A stretch of DNA of 64,000 nt. Source: Pseudogymnoascus verrucosus (Eukaryota). A program made the position numbers and the translations under genes. Location of the stretch: NCBI GenBank assembly GCA_001662655.1, contig KV460209.1. One strand, 5' to 3'. Shown piece by piece: positions 1-10,904 of this stretch (position 1 is the stretch's first letter; the number at the start of each line of letters is the position of its first letter). The notes under the pieces are model-generated. The model saw only the letters and a list, made by a program, of their open reading frames with translations, was not told where the DNA came from and searched no databases.

Positions 1-718
1 ATAATCACTACGCTCACTCGACTGGCGAGACGGCCCAATAGCAAATGCGCTTTTCCGATATCCGGTGACGGAATCTGCCACGCTGGGTTGTGTTAGTGAT
101 GTCTGTCCTGACGAACCTGGTCTCGAAGAGTTGTATGCGGATGTTTGGGTTGTTGGTGGTGAGATCTGAGGCACTGACGTCGTGGGGTCAATTTCTGCTT
201 CGACTCTTTGTAGGTTGGCACCCTTCCCAGTCGCCTCTCTGGATCCGCTCACTGCTGGGGTAAGTGGTGGTGTTTGCATTGTCCCAGAGCGTGAATGTAA
301 GGATGGGCGACCTGATGCGGACGACTGAGATGGATGCCGACTCGACTCCTGGAAGCTCTCTGTCGACGGTACCTGTAGAGAAAGTACGTTAGCATCTAGT
401 CATTATGCTAAGAGTCTAACAATATCATATGCTGTGACCAAGTGAAGGTATTGCATGGAGCTCACGCACCCTTGAAGCCGGCAACGAGACAGGCTCGAAA
501 TTGAAATGGCTCATCCTCCTCGACTGCAGATGCGTGCCACTCAACGATTCCGACAAATCCCTCAGCTGTCCCCCAGATCCAGAAACATCCAGCAGCTGCT
601 CGCCCGTTCTCGAAGTCGTACTCGTCTCGTCAAGCTGCACTGGTTCGATCTCCTGGCTACTCGATGCAAACCGCACGGCCGGAGACCCCGGGACCGATCT
701 TTGGGCGCCAGAACTCAT
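1..718 (-). CDS. 5' part of a Ser/Pro/Thr-rich protein, possibly the N-terminal regulatory region of an Npr1/Hal5-type Ser/Thr kinase; runs off the window edge
   Basis: ATG at 718, exon 718-470, GT..AG intron 469-373, then an open frame to position 1 (...FEPVSLPASR|VPSTESF...MQTPPLTP...). No kinase domain lies in the window, so the family is a guess. Confidence 0.55.
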
Positions 719-2917
719 GGCGAAGGTGTCCCTTGCTGGAGGAGGTATCGACGGGGAATTGATTGGGAGGGGTGTGTTGGTATATTATCTAATATTGGTA
801 AGCACGTCTGGTATTAAACCAATGGTGGTTGTATGGAAGGGGTGTCAGGTGTGAAAAAGGAAAGATGATGATGGGCTGGCTGGCCTTGCACTCATGGATA
901 AAGTGAAGAGTGCATCAACCAAGCCCTTCGAATCTCACTCACCAAGGGCGTGCTGTTCTAGAAAGCCACTAAGATGCTGATTATAGTGAATTAAGAATAG
1001 TGGATGCTATGCAAGTAGCAAAGGGTGTGAGTGAGCAAGGCCGACCAAGCCAAAAAAGCGAGGGTTTGAATGGGATGGCGTCTGTTTGTGTGTATGATTG
1101 TTTGGTGGTGGCGGTTGTTTGGTGGGGGAGGGGGAAAGAAGCACGGAGGGTTGAAGGTGAGGCCCGGAATATCCAGATTCAAGTGGGGCAGGTAATTTTT
1201 TAACTTGGGGTTGGAGGGATTTGGAGGCGTGGGATGTAGAGGGAAGGTACATCATATGCGGTCATAAGGGCAAAAAAAAGAGGAGAAGGTACATTTGAGG
1301 TACTTATAGCGTTAGTTATTTTCTACGCCTTCTATACAAGGAGAAGAGTTGTGCCGAGAAGGCCGCGACCGCTTTCTGTGACCACATGGTCTCCACACTA
1401 TAAATTGTAGATTGTAGACATACATCATACAATTAAGACAAAAGTGATATCAACGAGATGGATATATCAGATATATAAACATTTTGGACACACTCGACTG
1501 CTCAGGTACTGAATATATATATATATATCTATATAAGCTGTGTACTGTTACTCTTCAATCCCGTACCTACCTACGTACACACAATGTAGCACATGCTCCA
1601 TCCCATCCCATCTCCTCTTCTTCGGCCGTACAGCGGATAGTTAAGATGCCGTCCACCGTCGTCCCGTGGCACCGTTGGCACAGCACAACCGTTGGTACTG
1701 ACTGTACTCCAAGTCCAGTAGCCCCAAGCCCACGTCTACCAGCAGGGGCAATACACCCGGAGCAAGCTTACGAGAGATTTCCGCCAATTCCACTCTCCAA
1801 ACAGCCAAGCAGCAAGCCCAGTCTCTGGGGATGGAGATCGGACAAGATAAGAGGTCCGACGAGACTGCGGCCAAGAACATCCGATATCCGACGAGACTGG
1901 GGGAGTGTTGTTGGTGTTAGGACTTTGAGTGAGTGAGGGAGTGACAGTGGAGGAGTGAGGTGAGCAGGTAAGATTATCCAGTTGTATGGACGGTATATAC
2001 CATACGTATTGTACGTACATACACTCTTTCTTGGCTGACTGTTGAGCGCATTCCATACAATTTATCCGTCCGCCAGTACAACACATCACATCACGAGGAG
2101 AAACAGAAACATGTGGCTGTCGAAGAAGATTGTCATTAGAATACCCTTATGACGTGACGTTACAATATCCATAGCACATGTACTGTACTACTTGTACTGC
2201 GTTGTACCAACCACCACCCCTTCTTCCCGGATCGCGGATCGCGGGCCAGAGTCGCATCAATTGTGTGAGTATGGGTGCAGGGGAAAGCTTGTTCGTGGGG
2301 GCACCAAATGGTTTCACGCCTCATGGCTACAGTATTGTATGGTATATGGGATTGTACCTCGCTGTTCACTGTTAATCAATCAGATAATCGCGTCGGAGTG
2401 AGAGTATTGGTTCATGTCGCGTAGTCAAGCATAGGGGCTTGGTATCTGGCATGTGCCGACGAAACCCATATTGTGATGTATGCATGTGTGTATGCATACT
2501 GTATACAAGACCCGCGAGCGAGCTTATATATTTGCACGTCTTCGTAGAGTCGTCTGTACTGACATTGGCCTTCGCATTCGGATTCGCATTCGGATTCTCC
2601 TGGAAGAACAGCGGCACGTGCACACCGAATAAGTGAGTGAACATTGGGATGTCATTGAGCCTCCTCCTCCTCCTCCCCCCTTCTAACCTTTCCAACTCTT
2701 CTATCGACACAATATCAATATCTCACAAGGCCCTTCTGGCCAGACCTCCCTCCTTGGTAGTATACAATCCCCATCCCATCCGGCCACCCTGCCCAACATC
2801 AAACGCCTTGCAATGGTAATAAAACAACCCCCTATCAAAACACAACCTCCCCCTCTCTCCTCCCCCTTTTCCCCCCTCCCCTTTCCCCATTCCCCTCCTT
2901 CATTCCCTCTTCCCCAC

Positions 2918-3456
2918 TCACGGCACAACCGTAACCCCAATACTCTTCGCCTGCGCAATAACCGTCCTACACATGCCCTCCATGCTCAACCCACTCAGCC
3001 TCAGCTCACTCTGCTTAATCCTCGCAATCTCATAAACATGCTTCAGCGTCACCGTCCCCACGCTCTCCTTCCCCGGGTTCATCGCGCCCTTGAGCTTCGA
3101 CTTGCGGATCGGCGCGCCGGCTGCGGTGAGGAGGAGGTAGGATGTCGTGGGCGTGCGAAGCTCGAAGTGGAAGGAGCGGTCGGGGCGGACGGTGACGCGG
3201 GCGGGGATGGGGACGCCGAGGGTTATGTGGGCGGTGCGGGCGTTGAATTCCTGGGAGAGAGAGAAGGTGTTAGTAGGAAATCTCGAGGAGGGAATTGTTA
3301 CGAAAGACGGCGGCGATTGGAACTGACCTTGCAAAAATCCATCGACTTCACACCCTTACTACCCAGCGCCGGACCGACGGGGGGACTCGGACTCGCCTGT
3401 CCCGCTCCGACGATGAGCTTCACCACCACATCTGTTGCTGAGCGTGCCTTTGACAT
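2918..3456 (-). CDS. MRPL19: Mitochondrial large-subunit ribosomal protein uL11m
   Basis: Exons 3456-3328 and 3250-2918 splice to [49 protein letters not shown]...[13 protein letters not shown], the classic L11 motifs. Confidence 0.95.
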
Positions 3457-4211
3457 GGTTTTATGGGGAGGAATTGGTCGGCGTTATGAGGAGCAGTGTT
3501 GGCGTTGGATTGGCTTCAAATTATTTCGCGATTCGGCGCGGAAGAGTTCCCGGAGCGCGCTTAGCTGCTTTAAGGTTAGTGCGTAGGAAGTGTCAACAGG
3601 GGTGTGAGGATTAGGGATATCAGAGGAATGCTATACGCGGATAGGATCGGGAGCTATGGAGAACTATTGAATAGAAGGAGAAAATTGATTCAAGTAAGAT
3701 TATGAACCCGTTGTTTCTGTAAGCCCGGCTTTTTTAGATATCATCGTGGGCACAAATGTGGGTTTTCCTTGCTCTTCCGGACATAATGGCGAGGGGTCAA
3801 GGATTCCTTCCTGTCAAGTTGCACAAGCGCTGCACACAGGACGACTGGCATCTGCCTCCCTGCCTGGCCATTTCTACTCAGAATCATGGATTCAAAGCCC
3901 ATACAGTGAAGCTCCTGTGTGAACTAGAACCCGTACGCGTACAAGATAACTCCTCACATCACGTGCTAGGACCCTGTCGAACGTCAACGTAAAGTAGAGA
4001 GTAACTTAACTTGACTCGTAGCGGCAGTAACTACCGCCCGTAAGGTGGGGGGGGAGAAACGCACGCCGCCCAAACAGCTATCGAAAAAGGGAGAAGACAG
4101 CATTTATTATCCCCAACCCAACCCACCACCCTACCTATAAAAGAAACAAACAAACCCTCTCACCCCTATTAAAAAAAACACCTTACACAAGCTACCGAAA
4201 CTCCAGTCAAG

Positions 4212-5616
4212 ATGATGAACTGGGCGAAACAAGCGTATGTCATGACCACTCTCCCCGCTCCCCGCACACCGCCATCGATCGATCGAGAGAGAGAGACAAC
4301 AATTATCTAACCACCGCCTTTTTCACCACACAGGCTGGCCAACGTAGCCGGCACCCAAGAGCCCATCTATGGCCCCTCCGCCATCCGCTCGGTCTCCGAA
4401 CAAGCTGCGACGGTCCCTTACACCGAGCTCAAGCGCGAGGATCTCAAATGGGTGAACATGGATTCGACGTCGGTCGAGACGCAGGTTTTCTACCTGACGG
4501 CTGATAGCGGACATATTGCGTTCGTGCAGGTTATTCACAGCAATGTTGCGTACGTATTTGCGACTCTATACCCAGTCCTATGCCCAGTCCTGTGGTGGTT
4601 AGCGATGTGCTAACTGTGCGTGTGTGCGTATAGTGGTATCCGACGAACCAGCCAGTTTAACACCAAGATCTTCTATCCCGGCGGCGCCAAGCCCATCCTC
4701 TGGGCCTCCGACCCGCTCAGCGACGTCGACTTCAGCGACGACGGGGTGAACTACTATGCCGAGAACCTAGCCGTGGAGTTATCCGAGGACGGCAAGACCT
4801 ATACCATCAAATCCATGACCAACAAGAGCGCCATCGTCAACATCACCATGACCCAAACCGCCCCAGGTTTCCAGGCCGGCAACGACGGAACCACGCTCTT
4901 CGGCACGGACCTCGAGAACCCCTGGGGGAAGATGAGACATGTGTTCTGGCCGCGGAACAAGGTATCGGGCACGATCGTGACGAACGATGGGCCGATTGAC
5001 TTTACGGGGAAGGGAATGTTCGTGCACGCGCTGCAGGGCATGAAGCCGCATCACGCAGCGGGGAAGTGGAATTTCGTCGACTTTCAGGGCGAGAAGTTCA
5101 CGGCGGTCATGATGGAGTATACCACCCCCCCATCGTATGGGTCAACGGTTGTGAATATTGGTGCTATTGTGAAAGATGGAGAGATTATCATGGCGAGCTC
5201 GCCGAATAGGGCCACGCATGTTACGACGAAGAGTGATTCGGATAATGATTGGCCCGAGCCGGCTACAGTGAGGTATGAGTGGAGTGGGAAGACGAAGGAT
5301 GGGAAGAGTGTTGAGGCGGTGCTGGAGACAGCGTTGGGGGAGAGGTTGGATAGGATTGATGTCATGGCTGAGGTTCCTGGGTTTGTTAAGACGATCGTTG
5401 CGAATACCGCTGGCACGAAGCCGTATATTTACCAGGTGCGTACCCCATTTCGCTTCTACAGCTATTTACCAAGGAGGTTCGGAAAACTAACATACATTGT
5501 GCGATTTTTAGTACTCCCCAACCACCGCCCCCAGCTTGAAGCTGAAGATCGGCGATGAGGAGGAGGTCGTTGAGACGGGTAAGCTCTTTGCAGAGGCTAC
5601 CTTCATCACGGAATAG
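4212..5616 (+). CDS. SVF1: Survival factor 1 (Svf1 family)
   Basis: [20 protein letters not shown] start; motifs [41 protein letters not shown]; three introns; ends ATFITE-stop. Confidence 0.9.
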
Positions 5617-5949
5617 TAGTTTGGAATCATCACTCAACTCAATATCGTTCCGTTCCGTCCGTCGTTTTTGGCGTTTGTTAAACTGGAGGTAAGCACACTC
5701 GTTGGGCAAATTGGAGAGGTTAATGGGAATGGATTGCATGTATGGATGGCTTAGATAGCACACTTAATAGAGTCGAGAATTGACTTGGAAGTATATGTAT
5801 GGATGTGTCTTTATACTTGTTCGTATGGCGGGATTGGATTTTTGTTATTCGGTTTCATGGAATTTATCATTGATCCGGGGGGGTTATCAAAGAGATGCTT
5901 GCATACCAGGTGAATGGCTCGGCCAATAGGTTTTAGCTTCACCCAGTTG

Positions 5950-6340
5950 ATAGCAATGGCTCCATGACTTGGAATACGTACCTACTACTTCACCAGCTGC
6001 TGACGGTTGTCTCTGATTTTATCGGGTTCATAATTATGTTGTGGCTTGAAAGAAGCGCAGAAAGTTGGGTCTTTCTGACCCAAAGATGGTGGGTTAGATG
6101 CGCCAACTTAATTGTATTATATCTGTAGAAGATGCATGATTTTAACGATGAGGATTCAACAAGGCTCGACTTTGAAATACGCAGGTCCAAATCGAGTGGT
6201 TTCTGAAGATGCTCAGATATGACCTCAGTTGCCAAGGTCTTCCCCACACCTATTGTGGATGGCATGCGACATACTGTATAATGCATTGCCTTGCCATTTT
6301 CAGCAAAATCGAGGGTCCAAAGTTGTAGTGGCAGGTACAA
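5950..6340 (-). pseudogene. Degenerate remnant of a fungal AAA-ATPase gene
   Basis: An isolated Walker-A block GVGKTLATEVISEHLQKPL, typical of fungal AAA proteins (GVGKTLTAE..SEHLQ.PL), with unrecognisable flanks and no Walker B. Boundaries approximate. Confidence 0.5.
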
Positions 6341-6567
6341 TCCTTAGCCGTCATCGTCATAATATCGTCATGGGTTATTGAAAGCACGATGAAGCGCCCC
6401 ATGGCAACATTGGTCCCATAAGGACTACGAGAGAGGAGGAATAAAACGAATATTTATAAGCCTCGCCTCCGCCTGTACACTAATGCCTATGCGTATCTCG
6501 ATTTATATAATGGTGAAAGATAAACACAATTTCACTTACCGAGAATTCACTGGTAAATGCTATTGCA

Positions 6568-7731
6568 ATGAATACGGACCACCGCGTTGTTCAAGGCCCC
6601 CTTCCATTGTACCTCACCATGTACCGGAAGTATCTAACAAGGGAAGAGGAGGAAGAAATTGATCGACAATTTCGAGGGGACACATGGCACCACAACAGTC
6701 AAGTTCTGTGGAGTGGAGTTCCGAAAATTGATGCTCAACATTGGGCAGATGAACGAGAGATGCAGACACTGACTACGGCAATGGGCAATTTGATGGTAAC
6801 AGAGCATCCATCATGTTTACGATCAAAAAAAACACCACTACAGTGGTCCAATTATATGAAAGGTGCTTCGGCAGTTTTTGCACACCACATAAGTGAAGGC
6901 GAAAAGGTCATAGTATTGACGCCGCCTCCCCCGTATAAATTCCATCCGTCTGGGCTCACTAACTATCAGCTCATAGAGGAACCGATTTTGAAAGGGGAAT
7001 TAGGCGCCCATGGTCGATTTCGCATTGATATGGTGCATCTAACGGTTAAAGCTGCTGAGAATTTCAAGTACCAGGTATGGCCTGTTGATCAAACACACAC
7101 CTGGATTGCAAAATTTGGGCTGCCTGTGAGTACGCCTCACTGGAGACAGGTAAAAGGATACACATTTCCGCAATTACACTCTGTGGACGAAGACGTGGTG
7201 AATCACCCATCGCTTAGTCCATGCTCAAACGCGCGAGGATCTACGCAAGTGGACGCCCAAACCAATCATAATAATCAGTTGATGAATTTAGAGCACGTCA
7301 AAACTAGGAACCTGTTAAAGACTAAGGCAAAACGTGTCACGGAAGGGGGCACAACTACTCCTAAAAAAGGGACGGGACCAAAGGTAAAAGTAACAACACA
7401 GAAACCGAAGTTGGCCAAAGCCAAGAACGTGAGGCAGGTGAAGATGGTTGCGAAACCAGGAAACATCGCAAATGTCAAAAGAACGTCCACATCTAAAAAA
7501 GCATCTGGAATCCGAAAACCACCCACGGCGCAAAAGTCCAAGGCACAAAAACCACGCAAGGTGCAAAAGCCCAAGGCACAAAAACCACGCAAGGTGCAAA
7601 AGCCTTCCGCAGTGCACAAGCCATCCAAGGCACGAAAGCCGCCAAAGCCACTTAAGCCGCAAAATATGTCCAAGCCGCCAAAACCATCCAAGTCGCCCAA
7701 GGGACAAGATCAATCCAAGGCCCGCAAGTAG
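6568..7731 (+). CDS. 387-aa intronless protein: putative ADP-ribosyl cyclase/NADase (CD38/Tox-ARC-like) domain plus a Lys/Pro-rich histone-H1-like C-terminal tail
   Basis: Long ORF preceded by TATA-like elements. Motifs VLWSG, MQTLTT, ASAVFA and TNYQLIE parallel CD38 LLWSR, MFTLED, VSRRFA and STFGSVE. The C-terminal ~130 aa are rich in K, P, A and Q. Confidence 0.7.
   Translation: MNTDHRVVQGPLPLYLTMYRKYLTREEEEEIDRQFRGDTWHHNSQVLWSGVPKIDAQHWADEREMQTLTTAMGNLMVTEHPSCLRSKKTPLQWSNYMKGASAVFAHHISEGEKVIVLTPPPPYKFHPSGLTNYQLIEEPILKGELGAHGRFRIDMVHLTVKAAENFKYQVWPVDQTHTWIAKFGLPVSTPHWRQVKGYTFPQLHSVDEDVVNHPSLSPCSNARGSTQVDAQTNHNNQLMNLEHVKTRNLLKTKAKRVTEGGTTTPKKGTGPKVKVTTQKPKLAKAKNVRQVKMVAKPGNIANVKRTSTSKKASGIRKPPTAQKSKAQKPRKVQKPKAQKPRKVQKPSAVHKPSKARKPPKPLKPQNMSKPPKPSKSPKGQDQSKARK
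7538..7603 (+). repeat. Perfect 33-bp tandem duplication within the Lys-rich tail (KAQKPRKVQKP x2)
   Basis: ccaaggcacaaaaaccacgcaaggtgcaaaagc at 7538-7570 and 7571-7603, followed by degenerate KP-x-K units. Confidence 0.95.
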
Positions 7732-8591
7732 AGGCTACTATATGTGCCGGTTTTATCTGATAATCAGCTGCATGGATTGGGCTCTGGGAACCACTTTGGA
7801 TCAAGGTGCCAGCCTCATGTCAAGAGTATATCTCATCTCATATCCTATTATCCACTGAGATCGGATTCGAAGCTCATAAAATGTGGAAGTGACCGTGATG
7901 GTAATATCAAGGTCATGTGAGTCAGCTACACATCGTTAGTTGATTTGACTCGAGGTACAGTCAGACGTGATAATTGTACAGCAAATTCCACCCCTCATGC
8001 AACCAACATTGTTTGTTATCCCAGCGCCTACAGTATCTAGCGGCAAATGACCCAAATTTGGGTCATACCCAACTAATGAAAGAGGTAGGTTCACCACAGC
8101 GACATGGTCCGGTGTGACACGAACCATGGGGCGTGGGATTTCAGATTCTTCCTCTTCGAACTTCCCTCATCAAGCCCCATGGGGCTCAGGAGTTGCTCTC
8201 GCCATCTGTGAAATAAGCCAATTACAAATCTGTTCAGACGGGTAAGGACATTATAATGAAAGGGGTCGTGGAATTGTTTCGCTTGGAATTCTGCTCTGTA
8301 TTAGGTGTGTTAACAATCAGAAGGTTGCAACGGATGCTTTAGACTGACTGGAATGCGGCTATTGGGTTACAGGATATATAATCGCCATGGCGGATCTTGC
8401 AGAAATGTTTTGGAGGAACAACGTTCAAAGGAGAGCAGCAACTTTACGTTGTCGTTGTAAACAGAGCCCTCCCTCTATGCCTGTGGCTGAAACCCCATCA
8501 TAACCACCACCACCAAGAAGCTCAGACACGCTTAACCCATTCCAGAACCCATAAGCTTCCATTGGACCCTTCACAACACCCCCCACCACCC

Positions 8592-8667
8592 CCCACCTTC
8601 CTTATAACAATCAACCATCCACCATCCCACCTTCCTTATAACAATCAACCATCCAACATCCCACCTT
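8592..8667 (+). repeat. 34-bp tandem duplication containing TATAA upstream of the H4 variant
   Basis: cccaccttccttataacaatcaaccatcca(c/a)cat at 8592-8625 and 8626-8659, plus a partial third copy. Confidence 0.9.
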
Positions 8668-8751
8668 TCTAATTGCTCCTTCTTACTTCCCCCCTCTGAA
8701 TTCTTTCTTTTCTTCTTAGATTACACCTTCTGTACCTTCTTTCTACTCATC

Positions 8752-9759
8752 ATGACTGGACGTGGAAAAGGTGGCGCGTTTGGTGGGGCAGGCGGAAAGT
8801 CACGTTTTGGTGGAGCTGGGAAGGGAACTGCTGTGCCGAATAGCAGTGGAACCCGTGGAGTTGGGGCGAGGAGATATCGGTATGTTTGGTTGGATTGAAA
8901 CAGCAAGAGCGATCTGGGCTGTGGTATAGCTGGAAGGTCCGATCGAGGCTGACGATTTTGGTGGTGTGTAGCAAAATCATGCGCGATACCATTCATGGGA
9001 TTAGTAAGTTGTGATTCTGTGGAAATTGGAGGGCTTGAGCTAATGTGTGTGCAGCTAAAAATGATATTAAGTATGTGTATCTTGTTTACTGTTTCTCTTT
9101 TCCTTCTGTTATTTGTTCTTTGAACAGCAATCTTCTGCGTTTGATTTCTTATTTTATCATGTCATCTTCACTTCTTCTCTTCTCTGTCAAAGATCTATCA
9201 AAGAGCTATGATTATCTCAAAGCCAGAATAGATTCCTGATTTCCACCGATCTCATCATCTACATCTCACTTCCGAGATGTTCAGGAATAGATCGGTGGAA
9301 ATCATGGGTTTCACTTCAACTTCACCTGTCAACATCTGCTTTTGTGAAAGCAACCACAACAACCATTGTTTACCAAAAAACCACAACTAACTCTCCACCC
9401 CAAGACGTCTCGCCCGCCGTGGAGGTGTCAAGCGTATCTCAGCAATGATTTATGATGACACTCGTGAGGCTATGAAGGCCCATCTGCAACTGGTCAGTAC
9501 ACCCCCTCCGTCCCATAATTGAAACTTACTAACCCCTACTTCCAGATTCTCAAGGACTGCGTCATTTTTATCGAGCATGCCAACCGCAAGACCGTCACTG
9601 TCGGAGACGTAAGAGACCCAGGTCGATTATTTCTATGGACGCAGCTAATGTTTTGCTTAGGTCTTGTTCGCTCTGAAGAGAATCGGTAGACCCATCTACG
9701 GATTCGGAAACGGCTACTTGCAATCCGATGCGCCCAATCGCAAGAAGAGGAAGGACTGA
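8752..9759 (+). CDS. hH4v: Divergent histone H4 variant (hH4v/H4E-like), 141 aa, six exons
   Basis: Exons 8752-8879, 8972-9003, 9055-9070, 9405-9492, 9546-9608, 9661-9759 give MTGRGKGG...[104 protein letters not shown]. Not represented in the ORF track. Confidence 0.9.
9237..9304. repeat. Inverted repeat/hairpin inside the 334-nt third intron of the H4 variant
   Basis: tgatttccaccgatct (9237-9252) pairs perfectly with agatcggtggaaatca (9289-9304); inner stem acatctc/gagatgt (9261-9267/9274-9280). Confidence 0.9.
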
Positions 9760-10904
9760 AGTGCCCCCGCCTGCGATCTGTGACGGATCTTTTCTGAGCT
9801 CTTTGGGATCTTTGAAATGTCAAGGCCCTCCCTTGTTTGTGGATCCGGGGGGGAAAAATCATGTGGCGAATGGAGTTATGGATGTTTTGCAATGCTAGAC
9901 GGCTGGGGATATTATGGATTGTGATGAGGCGCTGTTGTTCTTCGATATTTTGCTCGGATTTTTTCTTGTCTGGTCGCTGGCCTTTTACTTCTTTGGCAGA
10001 GGCAATGATGGGGATACCCAGGATGGCAATGGTGGAGTTTGTTGGGGCGTCTGGCTTTGATATTTTGTTTCGTAGTCGAGAAATGGAATACTCTTGCGGA
10101 CTGTGTCGTTGTGGTGCCATTATGACTGTGAAGTTGAATCTAAACTCTGCCCCACTGTGACTTCTCTACTTAGTTTCTATCTGTGCTAAATTATCTGCTG
10201 TAATTCATGTTCGTTCTTAAGATCACTATGTGATGGGTTCTACTGCACCATATTATCACCTGAGATGTGACGGAAGCATGCCACTGTATCAATTTTCTCA
10301 TATTACGCTGTAGCCAGTAGAGAACTTCGACTATCGTCCACTGTATTCCAATACATTATGAGATCTGAAATAATACTCCATACGTATAAAAGCCACATCT
10401 CGTTGACGAAATGGATAGATCAAATCAAACAAGGCTAATTTGCAAGGCTGATGGATGGATGGAGCAGGAACACTGGTAATAATGCGGGGGTGGCTTGAAC
10501 CCTCTCTATATTTCGTGGGGTACCGTCCTCGTAATTGGCAGATGAGATGCATGTCTCAACACTGCACAGAATCTCACAGCTATAGACTCCCTCTAAACTT
10601 CCCGAAAGGGCTTAAATACTGAAATGTGAAAAGTTGAATAAATTACGCAATTGTTTTTCCCAGTTTCTCTGTTTCCTTGGCCCCAAGACATCTCCACCCT
10701 AGCAGTGCCTAGTTACCAGTGTGTGCCTAGCCAAACACGTGATCACGAAGAAAGTTTCGGTCCGGAACCGGAAAAGTCCGCACTGCACAGTCAGTCACAT
10801 ATATGCCCCTCCATCGGCGACCAGATGAACCTTTGGATTGCACGACGACTTCACGGAAAGTAACAACACCCCCCCGTTACATAAAAAACGAAGATCAATT
10901 AGCC

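Noticed and set aside
1200..2900. Long intergenic region with a (TA)n tract (~1512-1535), ttcgcattcgga repeats (~2571-2597) and short ORFs
   Set aside because: Simple repeats and promoter sequence; no coherent spliced gene or RNA motif could be built.
2813..3586. 257-aa + strand ORF
   Set aside because: Antisense to MRPL19; low-complexity composition caused by the C/G skew.
7900..8300. Possible gene fragment on the - strand between the ARC-like gene and the H4 variant
   Set aside because: No recognisable motif and no consistent exon chain.
9071..9404. Stwintron or box C/D snoRNA interpretation of the long H4-variant intron
   Set aside because: No internal splice that recreates a donor was found, and the C-like (ATGATTA) and D (CTGA) boxes are only about 30 nt apart.
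9536..10120. 194-aa - strand ORF
   Set aside because: Overlaps the H4-variant exons and 3' region in antisense; no recognisable domain.
10600..10610. CCC-GAAA-GGG tetraloop hairpin
   Set aside because: Too short, and no ribozyme or riboswitch core nearby.
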